Source: Nitrosopumilus sp.
GTDB lineage: Archaea > Thermoproteota > Nitrososphaeria > Nitrososphaerales > Nitrosopumilaceae
NCBI GenBank assembly: GCA_965223425.1
Contig: OZ245003.1
Coordinates: 928,001 to 992,000 of the forward strand
DNA: 64,000 nt
Direction of reading: 5' to 3'
The translations under genes and the position numbers were made by a program. The notes under the pieces were generated by a model. That model was given only the letters and a program-made list of their open reading frames with translations. It had not been told where the DNA came from and ran no database searches. Shown here piece by piece: positions 54,901 to 61,554 of this stretch; the first letter of the stretch is position 1, and each line of letters opens with the position of its first letter.

Positions 54901-57695
54901 CGCAGCCAGACGGCAACACGCCCCCAATTGTGGCAATCAGCGTAGTACCTGAAGTAGAGGCAGCAGAGGGAACGCTGGTATCCCTTGACGGGACTAACTC
55001 GAGGGATGATGACGGCACCATATCATCATACGCGTGGACCACCGACGATGCGTCCATCGCAATAACTGATGCTGACCGGCCAACTGCATCATTTACGGCG
55101 CCTCAGGTCACAGAAGACACTCCTCTGCTCATCACGCTGCGTGTAACTGACAACGAAGGCGCTCCAGGCTCTGCACAGTATACCCTGATCATAACTGACA
55201 GCGAGTCTCCTGTAGTACCTGACACCACGCCTCCAACATTTACGGTAGACGGCCACACAGGCGACTTTGAGACGTCCCTAACAGAAGGCCAGACCTACAG
55301 GAACGGCAAGATAGATAACATCAACGAGACTGGCAGCCATCCGACCAGCACGGAGATAAGGTACTACAGCGGCACCGGCGATGTCATCACCACCACTGAC
55401 GAAAACAAGATCAGCTCCATTAACAATACCATGCCTGCCATCGGAGGCTACACCATACAGTACCGCGTCTCTGACTCGGCCGTTTCACCAAACACCCACA
55501 CAATCACAGAGACACTCACCGTGCGCGCACCTGCCACGGTAACCATAGGGGCAATCGTCTCGACTACCGGCTCCATCTCGTCACTTGGCATACCTGCAAA
55601 TGACGCCATACACCTGGCAGTAAATGACTTTAACGACAGATACCTTGCGCCAAAGGAGACCTCATGGAGGCTTGCAGTGTCTGGGTATGATGACGGGTCT
55701 ACTTCTGAGGGCGCAATTGCAGCACTGGAACTGCTTGCAGGCAGCAACATAACCTCCATTGTGGGGCCCCTCACAAGCGATGCGCTGTCTGCAGTAAAGG
55801 GCCACGCCCTGTTTGATGAGCCGCCAAGGCTTGCCATAAGCTACGCATCCACTGCGCCTGCGGAGGATCTCAAGCAGAAAGACGACCGCGTCTTTAGGAC
55901 AGTCCCTGATGATTCCAACATCGTCAGGGTATACGTCAGCCTCTTTGAGGCAGACTCTGTGGATTACGTGATTCCGGTGTTCCGCAACGACGCGTGGGGG
56001 ATAGCACTGAACCGGACCCTTGCAGATGAAATTGATGATCATAACAACAACAACAACAACAACAACGAAATAACCGTACACGGCGGAATACTGTACGACC
56101 CTGACACCGTGTCACTTTCTGCCAACACAACGCTTGCCTTGCTGAATGACACGCTAAGTCGGGATTCCGTCAGTGAAAAGGCCCCCGCAGTGGTGGTGTT
56201 CGGATTTAGCGAGACCCTTGACATACTCGACGAGGCTGCAGCCACTGCAAACCTGCCTGCAGCAAAGTGGTACGGTAGCGACGCCGTGGCGCCATCAAAG
56301 CTGCTTGAGGGTGATACCCCACAGGACGAGAATCGCAGGGCATTCCTTGAGCGCACCGACTATAACGTGCTCACCCTTGCAATAGACGAAAACGAGGCAA
56401 ACAAGAGGATAGACAGCTCTGTGGACAACGCTGACGTATACTCTTATGCGGCATACGACGCAGTATACATACTCGGCACTGCCATACACCTCAACGGCGG
56501 CCCTGCAGGCAATATGGTCAACGAGGGCCTGATTGGCAACATCGCGCAGGTAGCAGACAACACAAACGGGCACTACACAGACCCTGCCATGGGCAACACC
56601 GAGCTCAACGAGTACGGCGACCTGAAGCAGGCTGATTACTTTGTCCTCTCCCTTGATCCTGGCAACGACAGAACCCCCGCATCCTTTGAGCCAGAATTCC
56701 GGTATGATCACTCATCAGGCACCCTTGGGAGCCTTGTCTCCTCTGGCGGCGGTGGCAGCAGCGGAGACGTCTCTGCCCCCTCAATCCGCACGGGCTTTGA
56801 TGCAAACCAGTACCCCCTGGTATACGACGGAGTAAAGTACGGCCCTGACACGATTGACTCTCCCCACACTGCCACGGTACGCGCAGGCAGCGGCGAGAGG
56901 CTTTTCAGCACCCTCACAGTATACGAGGACGGCGGGGCGCAAAACGTGCGGCACGTCGACATGTTTGTCGCACACGACGGCAGGACAATACACAACGACG
57001 GCACGGAAACCCACGTGACATACGATTCAGGCAACGTCCGGATAACTGATCCGCACGGCCTGATTGCCAGCGCCACTGTGGATGCGTCTGCCATTGATGC
57101 CACAAAGGCGCAGTTTGAGTTTGCCATAACCTTTGCCAAGAAGGTTCCGCTCTCTGACGTGCTGTACCGCCTGTGGGACACCAGCAGAAACGCGCTTTAC
57201 ATCCACCTTGAGGACGCCCTTGTGGTGTCTGAGGGAAGGAAAGGCGGCAGCAGCAGTGGCGGCGGAGGCGGTGGTGGCAGCGGAGGCGGTAGCAGCAGCA
57301 GCAGCGGAGGCGGCAGCAGCAGCAGCAGCAGCAGCAGCAGTACCGCCACCCCAGCCACCGGCAGCGGCAACGGCACAACAACAACAACCACCACCACCGC
57401 TGGCAACGGCACCGCAGCTGACACTGCAGACAAGCAGCAGCAACAACAACCCCGACAGGGCTTTACCGCAGAACAGCTTGACACCCTAAAGCAGTGGGGC
57501 GGATTTGCGTCCCAGTCCGCATCTGACTCGCAGCTTTTAGCCCAGTTCGGAATAGAGGGCACCAGCATCCCCGCATACTTTAAGCAGACAGCAAAGTGGT
57601 TCCTCGATGCAGATGACGGCGATGGCGGCCTGACTGCGCAGGAGTTTGTCGCAGCGCTGTCGTACCTCGGGCAGCGCGGGCTGCTGCTAAACTAG
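45921..57695 (+). CDS. Giant (3924 aa) secreted/surface protein: beta-propeller repeats, PKD/Ig-like arrays, type-1 periplasmic binding domain, C-terminal thaumarchaeal surface motif
   Basis: Hydrophobic signal peptide, LVIVD-like repeats, AFSNDG repeats, TLDG.NS.D PKD motifs, DUF5011-like repeats (YSCTD), IVGPLTS..ISYASTAP..FRTVPDD, and C-terminal IPAYFKQTAKWF..EFVAALSYL. Visibly GC-richer than the backbone. Confidence 0.92.
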   Translation: MRRLIKPPLLATTTTTAAAIAALVLLIPLCIPLADAAIDSPVPVASFDDGDTVTVGMTNKTFDELDQAHDITTVRIGTGTYALVVSLTDSGVQIIDITDPASPVPTASFEDGDTVEVGGTNKTFDKLFNGRDITTVRIGSSTYALVAATLDHGVQIIDITDPANPVPTASFEDGDTVEVGMTNKTFDELRQPYGITTVRIGSSTYALVAANLDDGVQIIDITDPASPVPTASFEDGDTVEVGGTNKTFDELDGARGITTVRIGSSTYALVAAYFDDGVQIIDITDPASPVPTASFEDGDTVEVGGTNKTFDELGKAFGITTVRIGSSTYALVAAYVDDGVQIIDITDPASPVPTASFEDGDTVEVGGTNKTFDELDGAFGITTVRIGSSTYALVAAYFDDGVQIINITDPASPVPTASFEDGDTVEVGGTNKTFDELDGAQGITVVDIGASTYALVASYVDDGVQIIDITNPAIDPPRFVSAELDELTGVLSVTFDKTIDASSVDATMFHIREPESITGGVTLSAPELDTAAIATTDGTALSFTLTGPNRDAVIALDDPQLEIGEGAVADANGTKITAAFDIRTARFAESFAFGTIDNGARAIAFSNDGLRMFLAGINGDSNAYQYALPAAFDVSGASLTRSVTLSDAPFINGIAFSNDGLRMFTVNRLTDTVYQYDLPTAFDVSGASLAQSLNIQSQQTGPTDVAFSNDGHSMFVIGAFEYKIDRYDLPTAFNVTGAEHVGVFSLEQRIEGNVYGLTFSNDGHRMLVTYGLGDFATNDYKSVHQYDLPAAFNTTGASLVGTFDLSPHAPRLRGTAFSNDGLGMFNIDSSNSTVHRYDLRLLYDINRQPVAEAGPNQHVQERDTVTLDGTNSADPDDGDTTLTYSWSQTSGSPAVSLTNANTTSPTFTAPQTGSTAALEFTLTASDSSLSNGTDTVTVTVYDDQTVFARSATYYENHGILGITFNRDIDRLPGILFDLFSIRESGSNSGGSDLASSEWLENTAARSTMIFMLDPSTDDAVRALTSPLIDIEAFAVSGTNGIPFMYDQVELPVVKSGAFLPRVTTAVASAQSEITVRFLSNVDTDITNGTGWFVGASVDVGLEENLAVESNSDPGGMTDTMTLALNGSLPTGFRSGAIFLDYQRPSDDGTGIFNGTEYLGSTNRILLTDGIPPVIVNASAASPTATSITLTFSERITGKSDAESFSLSRTADSATTTPVPAVVSQVEAGSSPTITLNLNGTIGNNDLVIGYNRDLGGDSSMADIAGNPVASFADIPVATPPADPVLPPPPEDDSYAIDSPVPVASITEGQTHSNGKTFDELDGPRDITTVDIGTSTYALVVSDRELTPFNGVQIINITNPENPAPVASITDGQTHSNGKTFDELSGPRGITTVTIGTSTYALVTAYFDQGVQIINITNPAKPVPTASFDDGDTVPVGNATRTFHELRGAQDITTVTISTSTYALVTAGLDDGVQIINITNPAKPVPTASFDDGDRVTVDNANRTFDELDGAQAITTVTIGTSTYALVAAGFDDGVQIIDITNPAKPVPTASFDDGDRVTVDNANRTFDELDGAQAITTVTIGTSTYALVAAGFDDGVQIINITNPASPVPTASFDDGDRVTVDNANRTFDELDGAQAITTVTIGTSTYALVASLDDDGVQIIDITNPANPFPTASFDDGDTVKVGGTNKTFDELDGARAITTVDIGSSTYALVASLTDNGVQIVGISSRSITNQPTVAPTLVSVERHDPATQSTNDTTPTFRATFSKAVTNVDTSDFETAGDATATVSAVTPVSDTVYHVEVNVTADGIVNLGIDAGHNIQDAAGNSLSGTEPTDTDEPYTIDTAPPTLLAVTRIHPAAENTNDRNPIFRVIFGEAVTNVDKEDFETLGNATSTVSSATRIFDTQYDVLVTVTADGTVNLGIDAGHNITDVAGNALSDTTPTGANEPYTIDTVQPTILSIKRHNPLTENTTDSTPTFRVTFSEEVLEVDKPDFAITDSSSANATVSTVTPVPGSTVYDVGVTVTANGTVSLVLAGSHYIIDTASNSLSPADPPVSESYNVSLLPQAENRPPTIDLTGVNPATAERYVAYTDAGAACTDPDGDTTMLASSSNVDTDTVSLPASPYRYTYSCTDQHGLAATNKTRLVSVEDTVKPVITLIGPASVPLTVGDTYTEEGATCTDSGRLLGAASIGGATVDTAVVNEYDVVYACSDGYNNAIPVTRTVTVTEPTPPPPPPPDVNVPPSASISAPPRAAEGTQVTLDGSGSADTDGTIQSYNWTASNPAVAITGSTQPTASFIAPQVTEDTFLAITLKVTDDDGATNSAQHNMTITNVSPPPDDSAAPTFTARTGPATNQITVTFSKNVNSTADSHAAWGVAGSTVTAITGLDGTGNTATLTLQSPVQPPDATPAVTYNADAGSVSDAAGNALATATVTATAGHPAGLHIHLIGDAFLYHTYGEPYTDKGALCHDADGNDITDTGDYETLPYLNQTQTINATLHADTVLNFTHQSQNEYRPFDPQEVTYKCATSPSEFVEESRQVALRDDTPPEIRLNGPRDVDLEIGETFEETATCTDAPLKYQTELLNAAFYLTFRISFLPDGYQDTAGEHTISYTCSDSKGNDAEDTSRTLHVGTPDNTPPVLAVNPGIVTTLANGTHVVRQDVGFAAAGDGGGLQSAVSCTDNRDSTPAITLDPATVDTSVSGAHTITYSCTDAAGNPSNDITVTWDFGPAAPVLAVTPADTQVTLALDASYEIPAASCTDHRDGDITGTGIVTVISSGGQPVDEIDTSSAGTYGITYSCTDSDDNTSEHNVTVTILPAVVDSTPLIVVLNPPEIIFVPVGGSFADADTGALCIDGQGNIIEGRTTVDATALDTAVLGNHTVTYSCTVSEENPQSSTISRTVSVYGFTVNGNIADFATDITTSDDYEEGIIQNITNIENPYQSIKYYDTAGQDTDSFDNQTRPAGTYTVQYTVSTPMSSPPITYTITETVTVVNATTQPDGNTPPIVAISVVPEVEAAEGTLVSLDGTNSRDDDGTISSYAWTTDDASIAITDADRPTASFTAPQVTEDTPLLITLRVTDNEGAPGSAQYTLIITDSESPVVPDTTPPTFTVDGHTGDFETSLTEGQTYRNGKIDNINETGSHPTSTEIRYYSGTGDVITTTDENKISSINNTMPAIGGYTIQYRVSDSAVSPNTHTITETLTVRAPATVTIGAIVSTTGSISSLGIPANDAIHLAVNDFNDRYLAPKETSWRLAVSGYDDGSTSEGAIAALELLAGSNITSIVGPLTSDALSAVKGHALFDEPPRLAISYASTAPAEDLKQKDDRVFRTVPDDSNIVRVYVSLFEADSVDYVIPVFRNDAWGIALNRTLADEIDDHNNNNNNNNEITVHGGILYDPDTVSLSANTTLALLNDTLSRDSVSEKAPAVVVFGFSETLDILDEAAATANLPAAKWYGSDAVAPSKLLEGDTPQDENRRAFLERTDYNVLTLAIDENEANKRIDSSVDNADVYSYAAYDAVYILGTAIHLNGGPAGNMVNEGLIGNIAQVADNTNGHYTDPAMGNTELNEYGDLKQADYFVLSLDPGNDRTPASFEPEFRYDHSSGTLGSLVSSGGGGSSGDVSAPSIRTGFDANQYPLVYDGVKYGPDTIDSPHTATVRAGSGERLFSTLTVYEDGGAQNVRHVDMFVAHDGRTIHNDGTETHVTYDSGNVRITDPHGLIASATVDASAIDATKAQFEFAITFAKKVPLSDVLYRLWDTSRNALYIHLEDALVVSEGRKGGSSSGGGGGGGSGGGSSSSSGGGSSSSSSSSSTATPATGSGNGTTTTTTTTAGNGTAADTADKQQQQQPRQGFTAEQLDTLKQWGGFASQSASDSQLLAQFGIEGTSIPAYFKQTAKWFLDADDGDGGLTAQEFVAALSYLGQRGLLLN
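46030..47340 (+). repeat. Seven tandem 186-bp (62-aa) coding repeats, propeller module 1
   Basis: acatttgac recurs at 46101, 46287, 46473, 46659, 46845, 47031 and 47217. Confidence 0.95.
49803..51090 (+). repeat. Seven tandem ~186-bp coding repeats, propeller module 2
   Basis: The same repeat recurs at about 49866, 50055, 50241, 50427, 50613, 50799 and 50985; the module opens with the same gcgatagattcgcctgttccagtcgcctcc as module 1. Confidence 0.93.
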
Positions 57696-58061
57696 GGACG
57701 CCAAAAGGCACCACCTGCCAGTCAAAGACAGATGCCCGCCGCAGATCGCCGGGAACGCGGCCAGGATCCGCTTGTCTGGCACCGCGCACACAAGGTTTTA
57801 TCAAACCCCTGTGCAGTCCCCAGTTGAGCCTGCAACCGGATTGCGGCACATCATCATCATCATCCCATATGCGTTGTTTTCCCTGGCCGTTCCAAACAGC
57901 AATATTCTTTTCAAGATATTTGGCTGCAGTATTCTAGATGCTTTGCAGGCTGCCAAGAGGGGAGACTCTCCACTGCAGAATCACACACGCCCAGAGTCTG
58001 CAGGATCGAATCACTGGTTACAGTTCAGAGGAGAACCTGGTACTTTTGTGAAGGCTTTCTC

Positions 58062-58159
58062 CAGCTAAGTGAAATGAAATGTGCCCTAACTAAGGAACCA
58101 CTCTCATGTGCAGAACCAACCGCTGATCTGATCTCAGATTTGAGGCATTTCGCTTAGCT
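58062..58159. mobile_element. ISH3-derived MITE (family C), right TIR interrupted by an IS5/ISL2 element
   Basis: cagctaagtgaaatg ... catttcgcttagct; the sub-terminal tgatctcag also matches the right end of the IS at 45654-45687. Confidence 0.85.
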
Positions 58160-59228
58160 AGACCTGATCTGTAATTACTAACAAAACCTGACGTTTCACC
58201 AAACTGATTCCTTGTTACGTCATGGTATCACAACGAAATCGCGCGTCTTCAGCTTGTAGTTGATCAGGCCGCAGATTATGGCATTGATGCAGTCATACCT
58301 GCACAGTCTGTTCCTAAACTTGTCCCTCATTATGCCGAATTTCTTGATCCTTGAGATGACATGCTCCACCAGTACCCTTGCTCTGGACAGCTCCCGGTTG
58401 AATTCCTTCTGCGCATCATCAAGCTTGCCGCCCCTTGGCTTCTTGTACGGGATCAACACGTCAAGCTCCGGATAGTCCTTCCGTATCCCCTGATATCCAA
58501 GATCCACAAGGATTTTCAGATCTCCTGAAAGTTTTGGGCACTTTGACTTGAAGACAGAATAGTCATGCCTGCTTCCAGGCGAGTGCGGCGTCCTGTGCAT
58601 AATCATGCCGTCTGCGTTTACAACGTACTGTGTCTTGACCGTATGCATCTTCTTTTTGCCCGAATAGTGTGTCTTTCTCATGGACTTGTTCTTGGGCCTT
58701 TGAATCTGCTGCTCTGATGCGTCAATGATTGCGTGCAGCCCAGGAAAGGCGCATGCCAGCTCCCGAATGTCTGATATCTGTCTGGTCTCTGCAAGCTTTT
58801 TGTCAGGCAGTGACAGTGCAGATTTTATGGCAGGCTCCATGTATCGTATGCCGGTGCTGACATTTGACTGGCTCAGGTCAAAAAGCAGGCTCAGGAGACC
58901 CTGTGTGACGTATGTCCTGTAGTGGATCAGTGCCATCAGGATTCTGTCCCTGCGGCAGTGTTTGAACCTGCGCCCTGCGCCGATGTCTCGGATTCTGTTA
59001 TTCCTGGAGAGGCGTCTTTCCTCCGTTATCTTGTACTGTGACTCTATCTCCGGGCACAGATCATAAAACTGCCCGGGGGTAACTCCCGTCATGGACAGGA
59101 ATAATTTTGGTTTTTTTGCCAGCTTTTTGTGGTTTAACATGACATGCATGGCATTTTGCCTGTTTTGGATCTAGTTGCGAACAAATATCTGGAAAATGGT
59201 AAAATTATGTTAATAACGGATAGGGTCT
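58160..59228 (-). mobile_element. IS5-family (ISL2-group-like) insertion sequence, 3-bp TSD GCT
   Basis: Imperfect TIRs agacctgatctgtaatta vs rc agaccctatccgttatta (14/18); gct at 58157-58159 and 59229-59231. Confidence 0.85.
58220..59149 (-). CDS. IS5/ISL2-type transposase (HTH_Tnp_4 plus DDE_Tnp_4-like)
   Basis: IIDASEQQIQRP, YSGKKKMHTVK, VDLGYQG, PYKKPRGGKL and RVLVEHVISRIK motifs. Confidence 0.92.
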   Translation of the reverse strand: MHVMLNHKKLAKKPKLFLSMTGVTPGQFYDLCPEIESQYKITEERRLSRNNRIRDIGAGRRFKHCRRDRILMALIHYRTYVTQGLLSLLFDLSQSNVSTGIRYMEPAIKSALSLPDKKLAETRQISDIRELACAFPGLHAIIDASEQQIQRPKNKSMRKTHYSGKKKMHTVKTQYVVNADGMIMHRTPHSPGSRHDYSVFKSKCPKLSGDLKILVDLGYQGIRKDYPELDVLIPYKKPRGGKLDDAQKEFNRELSRARVLVEHVISRIKKFGIMRDKFRNRLCRYDCINAIICGLINYKLKTRDFVVIP

Positions 59229-59446
59229 GCTGTATACACAGATATTTTCATAATATGCTGGTCTTGCCAATTGACTTGTAGTTGATTCTGCAATACTAGC
59301 AAATCCGTTACGGATGACAGCATTGGTGCTCCTAGTAAAGACGCTATATCATCCCAAATGCTTCAACTGCAGATAATTCCAATTCTTGGTATTCTACGAC
59401 ATTGTAGCTAGAATCAATCCCATGCATCTTCTTCCTAATTATCTGA

Positions 59447-60199
59447 TTAAATTACTTGATCAATTATTGATTCGTTTCCAATAATGGAACCATCAAGTGT
59501 AACTATTCTTGCAGTGGATATTGATTTTATCTTGTCAATTATCGGAGATATTGATTTTTTATATTGCCTCCTATGTGTTGCATAAAAATACTTGTTAAAT
59601 GAAGGAATAATTGTAATTTCTAATTCTCCTGACTTGTTTGGAAAAATGTTTTCTTTTTCTGTTTTTAGTGATATCCAAACTCTTTGTCCATTTACCACCG
59701 AGTCTTCTTGAAAAAATACTGGATGAACATGGCCCATGATAATTTTATCAACATGAGAAAAATTCTCTGAAGGCATTGTGTGTCCGTGTGTCAACAAAAC
59801 ATTTTCTTCAACCATTCCAGTTGAACTAATCATGGAAATATTCTCCGGAACCAACCTCTGAATATTTGCATCATGATTTCCAGGAACCAAAATTACGTCA
59901 CATTTTTCTCGAACCTTTTCAAAAAACATTGGAACCTCATCCCATTCATTTTTTGAAATGCTTTTTATGCTTGATTTTACATCACCTAGTAGAATTACTG
60001 AGTCCGGATTTTCTGCATCGATAATTTCTAAAAGATCTTGAATTGTTTCCTTAATTGTAGAGTTTTTACCTATGAAAATCCCATTTGAGCTCATACTACT
60101 TTCAAATCCTATGTGAATATCTGTAACAGCAAGATACTTTTTTCTACCTTCTAGAACTAGTGCTGGCTTTGAGGAAACTAATCTTGTTTGTAGCATCAA
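59447..60199 (-). CDS. Metallophosphoesterase
   Basis: DIHIG, LLGDV, GNHD, THGH and GHVHP motifs. Confidence 0.9.
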   Translation of the reverse strand: MMLQTRLVSSKPALVLEGRKKYLAVTDIHIGFESSMSSNGIFIGKNSTIKETIQDLLEIIDAENPDSVILLGDVKSSIKSISKNEWDEVPMFFEKVREKCDVILVPGNHDANIQRLVPENISMISSTGMVEENVLLTHGHTMPSENFSHVDKIIMGHVHPVFFQEDSVVNGQRVWISLKTEKENIFPNKSGELEITIIPSFNKYFYATHRRQYKKSISPIIDKIKSISTARIVTLDGSIIGNESIIDQVI

Positions 60200-60230
60200 A
60201 GTTATACCTCAGGTATGTGATTAAATCCTT

Positions 60231-60533
60231 GTGAATGTAGATTCTGAGAAAATAGAGTCTGTTGTATCTCAAAAACGTGTAAAACTACATATTTTTGAGC
60301 CCAGCCAAAGAAAAATCTGGACAGTTGTGGGTAAAGGAAAGGAATACTGGGTCGATCCCGAATCCGGTTATTGTTCTTGCCCTGCATTCTATTTTGGAAA
60401 ACTAAATGGAAAAGATTCTTGTTACCATCTGGAGTCTGCTCAATTAGCCAACAAAGAAAACAGTTTTGAAAAAATTAATTTTGCTGATGCTGAGTTTTCG
60501 GATTTTATTTCAGGATTACTTTTAGATCTTTGA
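60231..60533 (+). CDS. SWIM zinc-finger protein
   Basis: YCSCPAF....CYHL. Confidence 0.8.
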   Translation: MNVDSEKIESVVSQKRVKLHIFEPSQRKIWTVVGKGKEYWVDPESGYCSCPAFYFGKLNGKDSCYHLESAQLANKENSFEKINFADAEFSDFISGLLLDL

Positions 60534-60571
60534 TTCAAACGTGTTAATAACTAGAAATTTTATTGAAAATT

Positions 60572-60829
60572 ATGGATGAGGCGCAACACAATTCTGAAAT
60601 TGAAAAGATTGCAAATGAAATGATTCATGATGATCTGCCTGTAGATGAACAAGATACTTCAAAATTAGAAAAATACAAAAATCAAGTCAAAGAAGACTGT
60701 GGTCTTAATGATGATGATGATGATGCAATGAAGCTAGTTTATGAGGCGCTTCTTTACAGGACATTAAAAAATTCTGATTCTGGAGACATATTGGAAAAAG
60801 GTAATGATTTTGGTGCTGGATTCAGCTAA
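60572..60829 (+). CDS. Acidic hypothetical protein
   Basis: ORF ending DFGAGFS. Confidence 0.6.
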   Translation: MDEAQHNSEIEKIANEMIHDDLPVDEQDTSKLEKYKNQVKEDCGLNDDDDDAMKLVYEALLYRTLKNSDSGDILEKGNDFGAGFS

Positions 60830-61131
60830 CCTTGTTCTAGCGGTATGGTGTCAATGTCGTCTTTTGAAACACCTTTCCAAAGACCGATCATTCCTTCAGG
60901 CTCTACCTCTTCAACCTTGGTGATTTGTTGAACCTTGATGTGATCTGGGTTTGGCGGCATCCATAACATTGCCATGTAGTCGCCAACATTTCCAACTTTA
61001 CTTGGCAAGGCCATGATGACTTTGTCTTTTACAAATCCTTTTCCAGTTAGTGCATTCATTGCCTTTTCATTTAGATCCATTCTTCCATGTAGGAATAGAT
61101 AGACATCTTTTTCTGTATTGATTTCTGCCAT
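60826..61131 (-). CDS. Conserved hypothetical protein
   Basis: 101-aa ORF with host-like composition. Confidence 0.7.
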   Translation of the reverse strand: MAEINTEKDVYLFLHGRMDLNEKAMNALTGKGFVKDKVIMALPSKVGNVGDYMAMLWMPPNPDHIKVQQITKVEEVEPEGMIGLWKGVSKDDIDTIPLEQG

Positions 61132-61219
61132 AAATTACATGATTTTTCAAACTAAATCAACCTTGCTGATCTGATTGCTGCCAAAAAGGGTTAAATTAGA
61201 ATGGACAAAAATTTCAATT

Positions 61220-61513
61220 GTGAAAATCTTTACTGTGGGAAGCAAATCATTTGTAACTAGTTTTCAACTAGCTGGCGTTCCGGGAATCATATCTGACACT
61301 CCTCAAAATGCTCTACAAGAAATTACAAAATTAACAGATGATTCTGATGTGGGATTAATTCTTGTCAGTGATGATATTACAGAAAAAATCAACGATGAGT
61401 TAACGGCACTTCGAGCTGAAAAATCTACTCTTGTCTTTGCATTGCCTTCAACTGGAAGTGAAAAAACCGAAGTTGATTACAGAGTGATGCTCAAGAAGAT
61501 TCTTGGTGTGTGA
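61220..61513 (+). CDS. atpF: V/A-type ATP synthase subunit F
   Basis: VTSFQLAGVPG, DVGLILVSD and LKKILGV motifs. Confidence 0.85.
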   Translation: MKIFTVGSKSFVTSFQLAGVPGIISDTPQNALQEITKLTDDSDVGLILVSDDITEKINDELTALRAEKSTLVFALPSTGSEKTEVDYRVMLKKILGV

Positions 61514-61554
61514 TTCTTTTAATCTACTTATAATCAACATTCTGATGTTTTAGC

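Larger units (their letters stand above)
44440..59232. mobile_element. Composite transposon (ISH3-type ends) carrying a giant surface protein gene
   Basis: Outer ends are cagctaagcgaaat (44440) and atttcgcttagct+g (58147-58159, completed at 59229-59232). TATAC flanks both sides (44435-44439, 59233-59237). Confidence 0.8.

Noticed and set aside
45791-57849. Many long minus-strand and alternative-frame ORFs over the giant gene
   Set aside because: These are shadow ORFs expected from GC-rich repetitive coding sequence and carry no independent motifs.
59238-59430. Minus-strand fragment MHGIDSSYNVVEYQELELSAVEAF, faintly NurA-like, at the transposon target site
   Set aside because: Too short and interrupted to support without BLASTx, and no matching continuation was seen left of 44435.
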